This document shows positions 38,468 to 51,861 of a stretch of 64,000 nucleotides of DNA, one piece after another. Below the pieces are notes generated by a model, which was not told where the DNA came from, did no database searches, and was given only the letters and a program-made list of their open reading frames with translations. Positions within the stretch are counted from its first letter, which is position 1. Every line of letters begins with the position of its first letter. Source of the DNA: Marsupella aquatica (Eukaryota; Plantae; Marchantiophyta); NCBI GenBank assembly GCA_973895155.1, contig OZ316891.1, positions 17,544,095-17,608,094 of the forward strand. Reading direction: 5' to 3'. The position numbers were made by a program, and so were the translations under genes.

Positions 38468-38850
38468 CATCTCCGGGACTTGATGGACACCAAAGATGTA
38501 TTTTAGTCTCATCTCCAGGACTTGATGGAAACTGAAGATGGGATTTTAATCTTCTCTCCCTGACTTGATGGACATTAACGATGAATTTTAGTCTCATCTA
38601 CCGGACTTGATGGACTCTGAAGATGGGATTTTAATCTTATCTCCCCGACTTGATGGACACTGAAGATGGGATTTTAATCTTATCTCTCCGATTTGATGGA
38701 CACCCAAAATGGATTTTAGTCTCATCTCCCGGACTTGATGGACACTGATTGAAGAAAGGGATTTTAATCTTATCTCCCCGACTTGATGGACACCAAAGGT
38801 GTATTTTAGTCTCATCTCCCAAACTTGATATATGGAGACCGAAGATGGGA
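38468..38850. repeat. Tandem array, ~9 copies of a 42-48-bp unit
   Basis: Unit tctcc..gacttgatggacac..aagatg.gattttaRtct(c/t)a, with two alternating variants. Confidence 0.9.
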
Positions 38851-40797
38851 GTTTAATGGGGGTTAGAAAAAATGGTTCACACTTTTTATGGTTGACAGTG
38901 TAGCTAATTATGGCGAAAAGTGTAGCTTAGTTTTGGTTCTAACTTTGCTGTAGCTAGGTACCAAAAGAAAAGTGCAGAATTGTAGATTACAGTTTGTAAA
39001 ATTATGATTTTTGAGGAGATACGATTGAGTGTTGGAGTTGTCCAAAACATCCCAGCATTTTTCAGTAGGTAGCTTGAATGTCAAGGATCACACCAAACAA
39101 TTTTCAAACTTTTTTAGTTATCCAAAAACAAATGTTTGAGTTTATAGAAAATTGACATTTTGTAGGTTTTGTGGCACCCTGAGTATGTAGTATGCGCCCT
39201 GTGCAGCGGAGGTAAACTCGACGTACAGCAACTATGACAGAAAGACTGTATTTTTTGGATTTCTACTAAGTTATGGTATTTTTATGATTTTGGACGGCCT
39301 ACCATCTAAGGAGTCTGATCAAGTACTCAATCCATCTTTGTGGTCAATCAAGTCCACAAGATGCTAGAGGGGGCAGTTAGGTCCTGTCCTGCCCTCATTG
39401 GGCTCATTTCAAATCTTCAAATCATACTGCCTGTCCCTCCTGATTGCTTGACAAGAAATTTGAAACTATTCTCCTACTTCTAGGAATAACAATTGAACTA
39501 ATTCTGAAGGCACTGATGTGCGGTACTTAAAATGAATGACTTATTAACTCAAGTTATTCGATCTATTATTGTACTTTTTTTTCTCAACCACCAGTATCAA
39601 TATATGTGTTTTAAACATCGATATACAGTATTGACTATAAACTCTGACTACTGATGTATGTAGGTTGACATCCCATCAGTTACTCATGGCCGTCAATTGA
39701 AATGAACAGTCCCACAAGTTTTGGGGGTCATTCGCACACTGTCAGTGATTCTTGATTATGCCTGAAGTGACCAATTAAACAAGTCTTCGTTAAGTCACTT
39801 TACAGTCCTAGTCTTTTCAATCTGTGAGATATTTTATCAAAATTTATATGGAAATGACTTCCCCAGACATTAAGGACAAGATATATGTCATTGTTTGCCA
39901 AGTTAAGTACTTTGGCTAAGGATCCCCATCCCCATTAAGTTATATATGTGTGCAATTCCCACATATATAAATTCCTAAGCCGGTTCCTAAGCTTGCATGG
40001 GATCTACTAAAACAAGTATCTGAATCAGACTGTTCATACGTTCAAGGAGTATTTTGAGATCTCATCTGAGTTCAATGGTTTGATTGAAGATCCCATCTAA
40101 GCTTGTGAACCCGGGTTTACACATTTTGCTTCCTCAAAAACTAGTTAGATCATTTACTTCGACAAAAGACAGTCAAACTTATAAAAGGGAAGGCCAAAGC
40201 AACACAGGACCCATATCACCAACCCTTCACGTCCTACTGTATTTTCTTTCAAGAATCTTTATTTTGAGCTATGTTCTACTGAGCAATATAAGAACGTACG
40301 TGGCCGGAGAATCTGTAAAAGGAAAAAAACTTGAGGCTGTATTGATTCAAGAATTCTCAAGATTGGATACTTGATCATTGATCAGAGAGTGTCAAGTTCT
40401 TGTCACAGTACTTATATCGATCTCAACCAGCTCAAGTAAACTAGTTCAATGATCTAGATTGTCTTTGCAGTTAGAACTTGGAATTATTAATTAGTGGCTG
40501 ACTTGCAATTAGAATACTCCCCATGTTTGGCCGGGAAGGAAGGGAGGGCCAAGTCCCGAATGGGAAGACTTACTCTACTACATAAGCTTCGATCAGTATG
40601 ATCTCCTCCAACCTCATTCAAGATGTTCTTTCTCTAAGATTAAGGTTTCCTTCGAGCAAAGTGCGTGCCGTCATCTTTTCTGGCTATCTTGCTCCAGTGA
40701 ACATTTGGAAAGCGATCCCCTCTACATCCTCTTTGCAGTTTCTGTTTCTGTTTTTGCTTCCAGACTTCCGAAGGACTGATTTCAGTTGCTTCTCAAG

Positions 40798-41205
40798 ATG
40801 GCGATCAAAGCACTATATTCTCAGTTGGCCGTCACTTTCCTAGTCTTTCTCCTTGCAACAGTGGCTTTGGCGGATCCAACCATAATTGCTCTCACTGATA
40901 CTTTCCATGTTAGTTGTGACACTTCTCCGCCTGTTCAGTGGGACCTAGTTTATCCACAAATTGCCACAGTTCCACTTGGTGACAGGCCAGATGTCACCTT
41001 TTGCTCATTTACTCAGGTTACACAAGGTGGGGTTCACCGTCATCAGAGATTTGCAGTATACCCCGATGCACTTCGTCAAGTGAGTTGCGATCCCGGTAAT
41101 TGTGCATGGGCAGTCAAAGCGGATGGTTTCTATGTGCACGATCCAGCTACCAACACCGAGGTGCTTGGATTCGTGTGGCTGACTGATGTATTCACTGAAG
41201 TTTGA
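40798..41205 (+). CDS. Small secreted Cys-containing protein, S-protein homologue (plant self-incompatibility S1-like)
   Basis: Intronless 135-aa ORF with a hydrophobic signal peptide (..VTFLVFLLATVALA-D). Four Cys in the SPH-type pattern HVSC...TFCSF...FAVY...C....C.WAVKADGFY...W. Confidence 0.7.
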   Translation: MAIKALYSQLAVTFLVFLLATVALADPTIIALTDTFHVSCDTSPPVQWDLVYPQIATVPLGDRPDVTFCSFTQVTQGGVHRHQRFAVYPDALRQVSCDPGNCAWAVKADGFYVHDPATNTEVLGFVWLTDVFTEV

Positions 41206-44151
41206 GGAGTCCGTAATCGATCGCAGACAGGTACATAGGTCTTGAACCTTTGTGACTCTTCATTCATCACTGAGTCAGAGTATTAATACTTGAGATCTCT
41301 ATCTGGTTATATACGTAGTTTCTAAGAGACTGTCAAAACTTGATTGACCCGGATACAGGTCATCTGAATTAGTTGTGCTAGGCCAATTGCTTCAAATTTG
41401 CATTGCATACAGGGCTCGTAATTAATCCACTTGAGGTTGTCTTACTTCCGTTATGCCCTTGTTGTATTCTTACCCAGGTCCATGGGCGCGAGGATTCTGA
41501 TCGCAAGCTGGCCACCCGGCTGGTCACTCCTAATAATTGCAAATCCTGATTGCAAAGATAATATAGGTCGTTCAGTTGGTTTCCTTGAGCTAGTTGAGAT
41601 CGATATTACTATGACATGAACGTGGCATAAATAAAGTGGGTGATGGCCCTATGGCCTGTCCTATGGATTTCATCTAGTCTGTACTTATCTTCCGCTTGTT
41701 TTCTTCCCTGCAATCTGAGTGGAGGCCAGGACCCCGGGCCAGGACCCCGGACTAGGGCCTGTCAGAACTAAGGTACATAGGACAGGATGGCACAGGGAAA
41801 AACTGTCACATGCCCCTGTCGGAAATCAAATTTATCCTACCTTATGTGTGACTTTTACCTAGTTTGTTATTGGTGTTCTTAAGTCCTACTTACAAAAAAT
41901 ACAATAGTAGAGTATTTGTATTTTCCTTTGGTAATACGTGGGTTTTTGCCAATTCTCTTGTGTTCAGACAGGAATTTGTATACTTACCTACAAACACTAA
42001 AACTGCTCATAAATCTTCAACCAGAGCATCAATTTGGGCTATAAAAATTGTGTCAATGAATTCTAAATGGGTAATGATGCATGAATCATTACCTAACAGT
42101 CTACATAAATAACACACGTGCCTTGTTCCACTTAAAAGTATTAAAAGTACCCAAAGATATCCTCAGGAATTACTACATAACATACTGGGAAATTTAATTC
42201 CAACGTGGGGTCCCACTTTAAATCAGAACTCGGAGAAGCTCCTATATTCAGAAGTGGGAATGTATGCAATTCTACCACTTTGCGCGTTCTCCTACTTATT
42301 TGTCAAAATGATAGGAGAAACCTCAACAAAATGGGAGTATGTCCCACATGGGAAGGGGATAGATCTGCCTTGTGTGGGCTAGTCTACCCATCAAGTCATT
42401 CTTCAAATTACATGTCTAGTCTGTCACTCTCAAAGAACAGTTTGGGTTTCAGTCTGACTGATTTTTGTAAAAACTTAGTACGTACATATTTTTTTTACTT
42501 GTTTTCTTGTTACAATTGGGCAATGGTCGATCACTTTGATATCGATCTTTGTTTGTCTGGATGAACTGTGCATATGCAGTTGGGCCATGTGTAATTGTGT
42601 CGTAGTGTTTGTGATCGATTCATCTCATATATATTAATTCCTTCAGTCTTCAGTCGTGTCTGAGTTATATTTATGTCTCTCTTCATGACTTTGCATGCAT
42701 GCATTGATTATATTGTCAAATCTTTCTAACTCCTTCTAGGCTAAGAGGAAATGTAAATATACAATTTCTCATTCTCCATATCTTAATATCTCTTCTTTTG
42801 CATTCCCGAATGCATTCTCTCGTAAAAGGAGGACCACAAAAGTCCAGTGCGAAGCCCACAGTCATACAAAGAAACCCTGCAGGGAAAGAGAACAAAATAA
42901 AACAGGGCGCCATATATTACACTACTACTATCGGCCACTAATGCACCACTGTACACGGCTAACCAGAAACCATCCATGGGCCAAAGAGATAAGCAAGTAT
43001 TGTGGACCATCTCTACTCTAAAGCCCAGTTTTCCGGCTGAGCCTAGAGAGTTGAACCTTTCTCATGCAAATAACGAGGATTCCCCATGAAATATGCAAGC
43101 GAAATATTGCAATTGGTCAAGGAAAGAAAGATATAAGGTCTCATAACTCAAAAAAATAAATAAAGGTCTAATATACCGAATAGAAAAGAATGAATTGAAA
43201 AAGGGTAAAGGAGTTGAGAGAATTTACTAGATTCAAAACAATACAAAGTAAAAGCATAGAATAAACTAGATTGACAAAAAACATAACAAGTAATTCTAAT
43301 GCGACAAGATAACTAGAAGATGTTAGTCCATGTAGGATATGGAAGTGTCCAAAAATTTTGTCCCAAAAATATAGCAACTGTCTGTGGATCATCTTGACTC
43401 TAAAGCCCCAAAATCTGATGGGCTCTCCAGTCTACCACTATTAACAAGAGGAAAAACAAAGTGGCTAATTAGCTACCTAACCTAAGAGGCACAATGGCTA
43501 TGTATCACCCTGACAGAGAAAGAGTCCATCAGGCCACCAGCCTGCGTTCGTTGGGAGATAATTTACTCCTTAGCACGCAGCAGACTGGTAATCCGTCCCT
43601 GCTGGTAATCCGTCCCTGCTGGTAATCCCACATTAAAATGTGATAACATAAGTTAAAATGTGATATAAGGCTGGCACTCATTGAGTGAAAGAAAACAATT
43701 TAATGTGATAATATAATGCGTGCACTCATTGATTTAAAGAAAAACAAAGAGGTTTATCAAGGTATGGAAGAATGTACACACCGTATACTACGGGTGTGCC
43801 ATAACAGCGGCTTTACACATTCCGTGGACTGGGTCAGCCATTTCTTCTGAGAGTAATCGAACCATATCAAAGGATCTTTTCTGCCCACAGTTGCAAAACA
43901 TCCTTGACTCTCTTCTGCTCGCGGTGAGAAAAACCCTGTACAAAATGAAAAAGAAATGATGAGCCTCTTAAGTGTTTTTCGAAGCACTCATGCAACTCGA
44001 TCGAGTCAATCAGCACACACTGTAGCCTTTGTCCAGGCGTCGATGTTTCCTTTCCCCATCTCCGAACAAATTCGGTTGCCGTCGAGCCATCAGTTCGGGC
44101 TTCTCCTCGCTACTGTCATCAGCAAAATTTGGTATCCGTTCAGTGTCAGCA

Positions 44152-47100
44152 ATGTTGAGGATGTTATTCCGACAAGTCACCGGGCCGGGTCCAGCTCGGT
44201 CGCCTAAAATTCAGCTGCTGCTGAAAGACAGTGGTCTTCGCCAAGTGAGTGCCACTTTTCGGCAATCAATCCTCTCCTTTCTCCTCCTCTCCTCCACACT
44301 TCTTAGCGAGAGACACCCATAGCAAAGCACCTGAGTGAACCAAGAAGCTGATGAGAATTGAAGGATTGCAGCGAATTTTCAGTGATCCGAAGCACTCTGT
44401 TTCCATCTGTAGCTCTGTTCTGGTGCTAGAGACAAAGTTAGCTTTACTGGAATGAATTGTGCAATGAATTTGCAAGTTACGATTGAGTCCGATACGTAGT
44501 GATGTTTCGACCCGGAGAAGTCACGTCTGGAGGGAACATTCTATAGATGTCGTTCAAGTAAAGGTTGTGCGTTTCTAAAGTGGGAAAGAAAGTGTAGCTA
44601 CAAAAAAACCGTTGCTTTTCTGTTAAATCTTCAGTCTGCTAGGCTCAGCTTCAGAATGAGCTTTGGAATTCCGACTGGGGAGCAGATGAGACGTCGGAAT
44701 TTCTATTGCGCACCACCCACTGCTAGAAGAGGGCCCATTGTAAATTGCATGTGTCATGAGGGCAAAGATGGCACTGATCATTAACCGTACGACGACGACA
44801 AGTAAAGTTTACTGTCAAATTTTCTCGAGCTGTGATCTCCTGTCTCGTAAGCAGTCGGAATCCGAAATGCACGAAAGAATTGAAGAGTGGGATTAGACTG
44901 TCAGTAGGGTGCAGTTTTCTGTGTACGGCCCATTCTCGTCCCTTGAGATTTTTACATATTGCTAACTTGACTCGTCCCTTATCTAAGCAACCTACGTGCT
45001 GTGCCGACTGATCGGTAAATGCTTTGCCAGTCTGCAACCAGACAAGTCATAACAATGGTCTGTTTGGAATTCGTGCCATCAGATGGGCACTATGGCATTA
45101 ACAAATTCTCAGGCGGTGGCGAAGGAGCTCAAGGATGCCGGTCTGTTACTTTCCAAGGCGCTCATTGGAGACAAATGGGTTGACGCTATTGATGGACGCA
45201 CAGTATCGGTTAGTGTTTCTCTTCACTAGCCAACTGCATCTCACTTCACTTCAATATACTCTGGACACGATATTAGCTGGGTTGATCAGCTAATTGTAGA
45301 CAGTTGCATCCGATACCCTAGGGTCTTCAGTGTGGTGAATCTTTCAGGTCAACAATCCTGCCACGGGAGATTTTCTTACAGACGTTCCCTTCATGGGGAA
45401 AAAAGATACCGAGCTGGCCATTGATGCTGCTTACAAGGCCTTTCCAGGTTTGTAAAGCTGACAAACTCTCCTGTATCTGTGGCTTCGTGAGTTCTACGGA
45501 TGGCGCACCCTATCTTTCCTTTTCTTCAGATATTAGTAGTTAGACTAATAGAGCAATTGTTATTTGGAAGTATGGGCATCGTAGGATACACCCAATTCTT
45601 AGATGGTTCACCGGTCCATGTTGACAAGCCTGTTCGTTTTCCACCACTATTAAAGAAGAGTTTCCAAAATCAATCATACGACGAGGAATTTTTCAAGTTG
45701 ATCAGTTTTGTGTATTCTCTAGTGTCTATATAGTTTGTTTGTGAAGACTGTTTAATGGCTTCTGCTCTACATCGCGTTCAAGCTGTATCTTGTTTGTACG
45801 TTGCTGTAGGTGAATGTTATCTTGTACTTTCAATGGAATAGAGGGATGTAGGTGATGTCTTGCAGTGCTTAAATTCTCTGCCACGGCCCTAAAATGCAAT
45901 GTTTCTTATCATTTGCTGCTTGTGTCCAGCATGGAGTCAAAAAACTGGGAAGGAACGAAGTAACCTTTTGCGAAAGTGGTGAGAATGAAACTGAGAACAT
46001 TCTTTGGCAAAAACATGTAAAGCTTGTGAATCGCGCTTCGTTTGTTCTCTTGAATAATCTGATGAATTGATAGAATATATGGAAGTTCCAAGGAGTCTTG
46101 TTGATATGTTTTCTCAATTGCTGCAACATGTGCAGGTTTGATCTTATGATGGAAAAGAAAGAGCATTTGGCGCGTCTGATGACTCTGGAGCAAGGAAAAC
46201 CTATACAAGAATCCCTTGGTGAGGTACTTTGTCGGCTTATACCTCCAGTGTGCGTGCTAAGGAGGATGGTCAGCCCTTATATCGATGACTTGATGGGTAA
46301 AGTGTATTCGAGGGCTCTCAAAGTGCTGACTAATTTACTTGGTCAGCGCCAGTGTACAGGTTTCGTATGGGGCTGGCTTCGTGGAATTATATGCTGAAGA
46401 AGCCAAGCGAATGTATGGCGATATCATCCAAGCCCCAACAACGGATAAACGGATGTTTGTCTTGAAACAGGTCAAAATTTAAATTTCAATCTGTTTGTAA
46501 CCATACGACAAAGATGTTACTGTTTATACTATCACGAGATTTACATGATGCATGTTTTTCATGAACTCAGCTCTGCTCTGTGTAAAACTGCAACTCCTCC
46601 GGTGAAGGCGCAAATTAGCTGTCGGAGACTAGACAAGTGTATCCGTACATCCGTGCAATATGTTATGACAACGTCCTTGTCTAATGTTTGTTGTTTACCT
46701 TCCACATTTGGATACTGAGCTTTGGTCTTGGAGGTGGCAGCCAGTGGGGGTGGTTGGGGCAATCACACCTTGGAATTTTCCTATTGCTATGATCACTCGC
46801 AAGGTTGGTACACCTGTCAAGACTACCATTTGCTGGTTTAGGATCATTTCTTTTGAGTCACAGGATTTGATGAAATCCAGGCCATTCTGTCAAATTTCGG
46901 CTGAACGACTTCTGCTTTCCATTCCATTCTCCATCTACGCGTCTGCAGAGTCTTCTCTTTAGATCATCTTGAAGCTAGAAGTTTTGTCACGTTATGTGGA
47001 CTGCCTGCATATGCCATGAAAGTTCACTAAAGCCTTTTTGGGAGAAAAGGTGCCTTTATCAAATGATTCTAAGAGATGCCGTGTGTCCAGGTTGCACCAG

Positions 47101-50100
47101 CACTTGCAGCGGGTTGCACGATTGTTGTAAAACCTTCAGAATTGACTCCTCTATGTGCAACAGCAATAGCAAAGCTTGCCCTTGAAGCTGGAATACCTCC
47201 AGTAATCCTCTGACCTAGATAACCAATCTGAATGTGTAAGATGGTTGTTTTTGGTTCATACTCGACTTTCCCATATCCAAGTTGTGAAACAGAAAAGGCT
47301 GTTTGTCGTTCGTGCAGGGTGTTATGAATATAGTCATAGGAGATGCTCCTCAGATTGGAGATGCTCTCATGGAAAGTTCCAAGGTATTTGTTTTTCTCAT
47401 TTGATGTGGAGGAGATCTCTTGTTACATATATTCGGATCGTCCTTCCATCCAATCATTGGGCATTTCTTTGGCAAACGCATGCTAGCAGATTCTAGAACC
47501 TAAGGCAAACAAAGGTTTTGGTCATGAAATTCACTACAGGCATGGTCTACAGAATACTGTCTTCTTAAAGAATTATTCTTTGTGTGCCCTTTCACATGAT
47601 AGGTTCGAAAGTTTACATTCACTGGGTCAACTGCAATTGGAAAGAGACTGATGGCAAGTGCTGCGGCAACTGTCAAAAAGGTGCCCCATTTCATGTCATG
47701 TAACAATTTTCAAGGTGCTCACATATTTCTGGCCGCTATATGTAAGTCTGATGATAGGAGGTATCAATGAAACGTGTACTAAAAGGCATGAGACTTCTTT
47801 GTATCTATGAGTGACATGCAATTGTACCATTTCTGGCTGCACCACAGATATCTTTGGAACTGGGTGGACTTGCCCCTTGTATCGTATTTGACGATGCCGA
47901 CGTTGATGTTGCTGTAAAGGGAGCGGTATGTTGCTTGTAGAGTGTGTCCCTCCTTTTCATTCTCTCTTGCTCACAAATGTTTGAAGAGATCTCAAAGTCA
48001 TGCATACCTAGGCCTGCTCGTAAAGAGCACATGATCTTCGTGCAGCAGTTTCAGCGAACCTTGAGATGGGTGTTTGGGTAATTATTATTTGGAGGTGCAT
48101 CTCGTATTATTGCTCTGTGAAGAGCACGCACAACAGTTTGTGGGAGGTCTTGTTTTAAAGAAGAAATAATTAGCAAAGTCTGGTGTTTATCTCATCTTCA
48201 GTCAATGCTTCCTGTGTTGGACCAATTCAGTTTCAAATGGAAACGATAGTGGAAAGAGTACCTGAAAGATATACTTGCCATTGAAGTTGGCAGGCAAGTA
48301 CCGTAATGCTGGGCAGACATGTGTCTGTGTCAACAGTATTTTGGTGCAAGATGGTAAGTAGATTTAGAAACATTCTTCAATCATACATCCTGAGTTTCTT
48401 CCCTGATGAAGCCTAGTATTTTACTTCGTAACTTTAAACTCTTCATTTGCTTTTTTCAACCTAGCTTTTGGGGTTTGTTTGCTAATGGCTTCCGTTTCCT
48501 GTTTTCATTCGTCATTCATCTTTGCTCTTCCAAACCCTGCAGTACTCCTGTTTATTGCCAACCTCACTTTTAGTTTGTTCTCCCACTGCAACGTAGATAT
48601 CTATGACAAGTTTTCGGAAGCCTTCACCGAAGCTGTCTTGACGTTGCAAGTCGGAAATGGGCTCGATAAAGGTGTTACTCAGGTAAATTTAAGTGTTGCG
48701 AGATCTGAGTAGACCAAATCGCGAGTTTCCAATTCTGCATCTCTTAGAGGTTTCTGACAGGCCTGCCCTCGGTTGCTTGCATGTGCAGGGTCCTCTTATC
48801 AACCAGAAAGCTTTGGAAAAGGTATATGTCTATCTATCATAATCCCTGGGCAAGAGCAAATGCCTTCACATGTCTACTTTCGATGCCCAACGTGAAGGAT
48901 TTTAGAGTTAACAACCTGTTGCGAAAAACCTACTGGAACAATTGGTTTCTTTGAGACTTGCGTGCTTAACATGCACGTGGGGATCACATCTTGATAACTC
49001 TAAAGTAATTGGCTGCGTTCCCTTTTTCAGGTTCACTCCCACGTTGATGATGCTATTGCAAAGGTACTGGTTTTCGGTCTATACAGGCTTAGATGTACTG
49101 CTCATTTTAAGGGTATTTGGATAAGCTGAAGCTGAGATTGGTCGTTTTGGCATATCTTACATTTACAAGAGCAGTATTTACAGAAGTAAGTGGAGGTAGA
49201 CTACTTGGGCAAAACATGGGGTTTTCCTACGGAACCAGGGCATTGCTGCTGGAAATATGGATTAGCCATGTCTCATACAGAGACGATCATCACATGAGAG
49301 ATCATGTCATCTCTAGTTGTTTCTCGCTATCGAGTTGGTAATAATTACTTTTTTCGAGCATTAGGCTTATGAGAGACGTTATTCAGATCATAGATTGGGT
49401 CGTTGGTGGTGTTGATAATCTTATAACAGATTTATGGTCTTTTGGGTACTGGCAGGGAGCTAAGGTACTTACCGGGGGCAAGAACCACAGTCTCGGACGC
49501 ACGTTCTATCAACCGACCGTTCTGGGAGATGCCACAGCGGATATGAAAATTTTCAAGTACGCTAATTATCTCTATCTGGTATCTCTAGTATATCAGGGCA
49601 ATGGAAAAGGTATAGCAACCATTTCAAGAGCAGCTAGGCTAGGCTAGGCTACTTTTGGTAACATCTTCCATCTAATTGTGTACATTGTTATTGGTTTCAG
49701 AGAGGAAGTATTTGGACCTGTTGCACCTCTGATACGATTCAAAAATGAACAGGATGCCATCAGAATGGCAAACGACTCTGATTTTGGTAAATCACTATGA
49801 AATGAGGAACACTGGCGGTCGTGTATGTGACAGGGAAAATAGCTGCTGTGTAATTGCTTAACCATACTTGATGGCGATCAAAATTGCATTCCTTTAAAAC
49901 GTAGACAGCTCTCCAGTGATTTGATGGATACGGTCTCTTCAATGTCTCCTATCATAAATATTCGTACAATCGCCTTCGAAATCTTGCAGGCCTAGCGTCT
50001 TATTTGTTCACAGAGAACATCTCTAGGGGTTGGCGTGTTGCAGAAGCTTTGGACTTTGGGATGGTTGGTTTAAACGAAGGCCTTATTTCCACAGAGGTAG

Positions 50101-50742
50101 GCTCCTGTAGACTGTCCTTGAAGGTTACCAGCCTGTTACTCTGAAATATCCTTCTGAAGTAGTTTTTGCTGGGTTTCCTTATCTTTTATTAGGAGAGATT
50201 GCAATTCTTTCGTGGGTGTTGCAATAATTGTACTAGACCTCATCGCAAAAGTGTAGTCTGTGAACTAAAAATCGTCAGGAAGGTCCTTCACACAGCTTTA
50301 ATAGTAACTCGTGTCCATCACCTCACACAGCAATGAGATCTTTGTTATGCAGGTAGCTCCATTTGGGGGTCAGAAGCAGTCCGGACTTGGCCGGGAGGGC
50401 TCCAAGTACGGACTTGATGAATATATAGAGGTTAGCTCCTCCTCTTTGGAAAATGTGGGACGCTTGGCATCAGTAGTCAAATTGCAAGGTTAGAATTTGA
50501 CTAATCCATAGATTTAAGCACAAATCAGGGATGATGCAAAGCCATTGCCGACAGAGAATCTTCGGACGATTGTTTTAACTTCCACCCACTGACTGACCGC
50601 CAGAGCCGACCAGGTAAGTAAGCAGGACAACACCATTGCCGCCCTGCTGTTTGCCACGATAGCTTTTATTGGATCGCTGAGTTTGGTTCGTCTCTTGCAG
50701 ATGAAGTACTTGTGTCTTGGAAACATGCACAAGCCTTATTAA
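44152..50742 (+). CDS. SSADH: Succinate-semialdehyde dehydrogenase, mitochondrial (ALDH5F1), 20 exons
   Basis: Exons 44152-44244, 45083-45208, 45348-45447, 45930-45978, 46136-46223, 46360-46470, 46741-46803, 47091-47201, 47318-47383, 47603-47680, 47848-47925, 48287-48353, 48597-48682, 48789-48821, 49031-49063, 49456-49556, 49701-49786, 49990-50096, 50353-50430, 50701-50742. Motifs [56 protein letters not shown]. Arg-rich transit peptide. Confidence 0.95.
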
Positions 50743-51861
50743 ATACGCTGGAATACTTTGTTACAATCGAACGCGGGTCAGCAACAGCTCAAGGATTTTG
50801 CCAAAGGACATTGTGCAGGTCGAGAATTGAGGATTTTCTGTTCAAATAATCGTGCTTTGCGGAAACTTAGTGAGGAGAATTGACTTTCCCCTTCGGAGAA
50901 GAAGATTGGTTTAGGAAGCGCATCAACTGCACAGTCCAAATTGTTTAGCAAGATGAATCTTCTACAAAATAGTGAGACAATTGCTTCTTGCGTGTTTCTT
51001 TTTGTTTCTGATTGCTTTGACCGAGCAACCGGAATTCGTAGGCCAGAACATGCCAATTCCAAGTCGAGAGGAAGCTGAGTATTGTATTCCATGGTGGTCA
51101 TGCGCGGCTGCCAGAAACCTAAATGGGCTGACTGAGTTGTTGGCCATATTTCATGACGTACTCGAGCGACAAGATGAATTTTATTCATGAGTGGCCATGC
51201 TAGCTTGTCAGGCGCCTCCCTTACACCGAGCTCTCCCGAATCGACCACCAACAGCTTCAAAAAGTTTTCTTCAAATTACAATAGCACCTTCTGAAACATC
51301 CTCTGATACATATGGCTGGAAGAAACGTTGTGTATTTCCAGGACACTCCCTGGCACTCTCCTTACCAGGTCACTATCACTACTGTCCATGAAAATGCCAA
51401 ATCAATGTAAGAGACCTTCCAGCCAAGAGGGGCAAGTCCTTCCGACACGACCCTAGATCTTCATTTACTTCATCACACACAGGCCGGAATTGGGAACCTC
51501 TACCCCTCCCAAGAGATTTTAGCTATAGATACATCCCTCCCACATGTACCGCGAATGAGGTTCACAATGATGTACATGCAGGGAGTTCATAAACTGATGT
51601 TGCCTCCTATAATGAAAAAATTGAGCTATGAAACTATCTCCAATGGGCTGCCTGCCAGTCGAAGACTGCCTTCCATCAGAGAAAAAGGCTGCAGACTTCC
51701 CTGTGCCTACTTTGTCAATGCGAGGGCATCTTTCTTGTCAGACTCTATAGTTTAACTCTGCACTTCAAGAAGATTCCAAATAATAAGAGAGGCCTTATGG
51801 CCCACCTACCCTTGACGGTAAGAGTAATCGCTAGGAGGGTCAATTCTGCTGCTGCAGAGGA

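Noticed and set aside
50778-51260. 160-aa minus-strand ORF between SSADH and GPAT
   Set aside because: It overlaps the probable SSADH 3' UTR, has no recognisable motif and uses a non-ATG start, so it is likely spurious.
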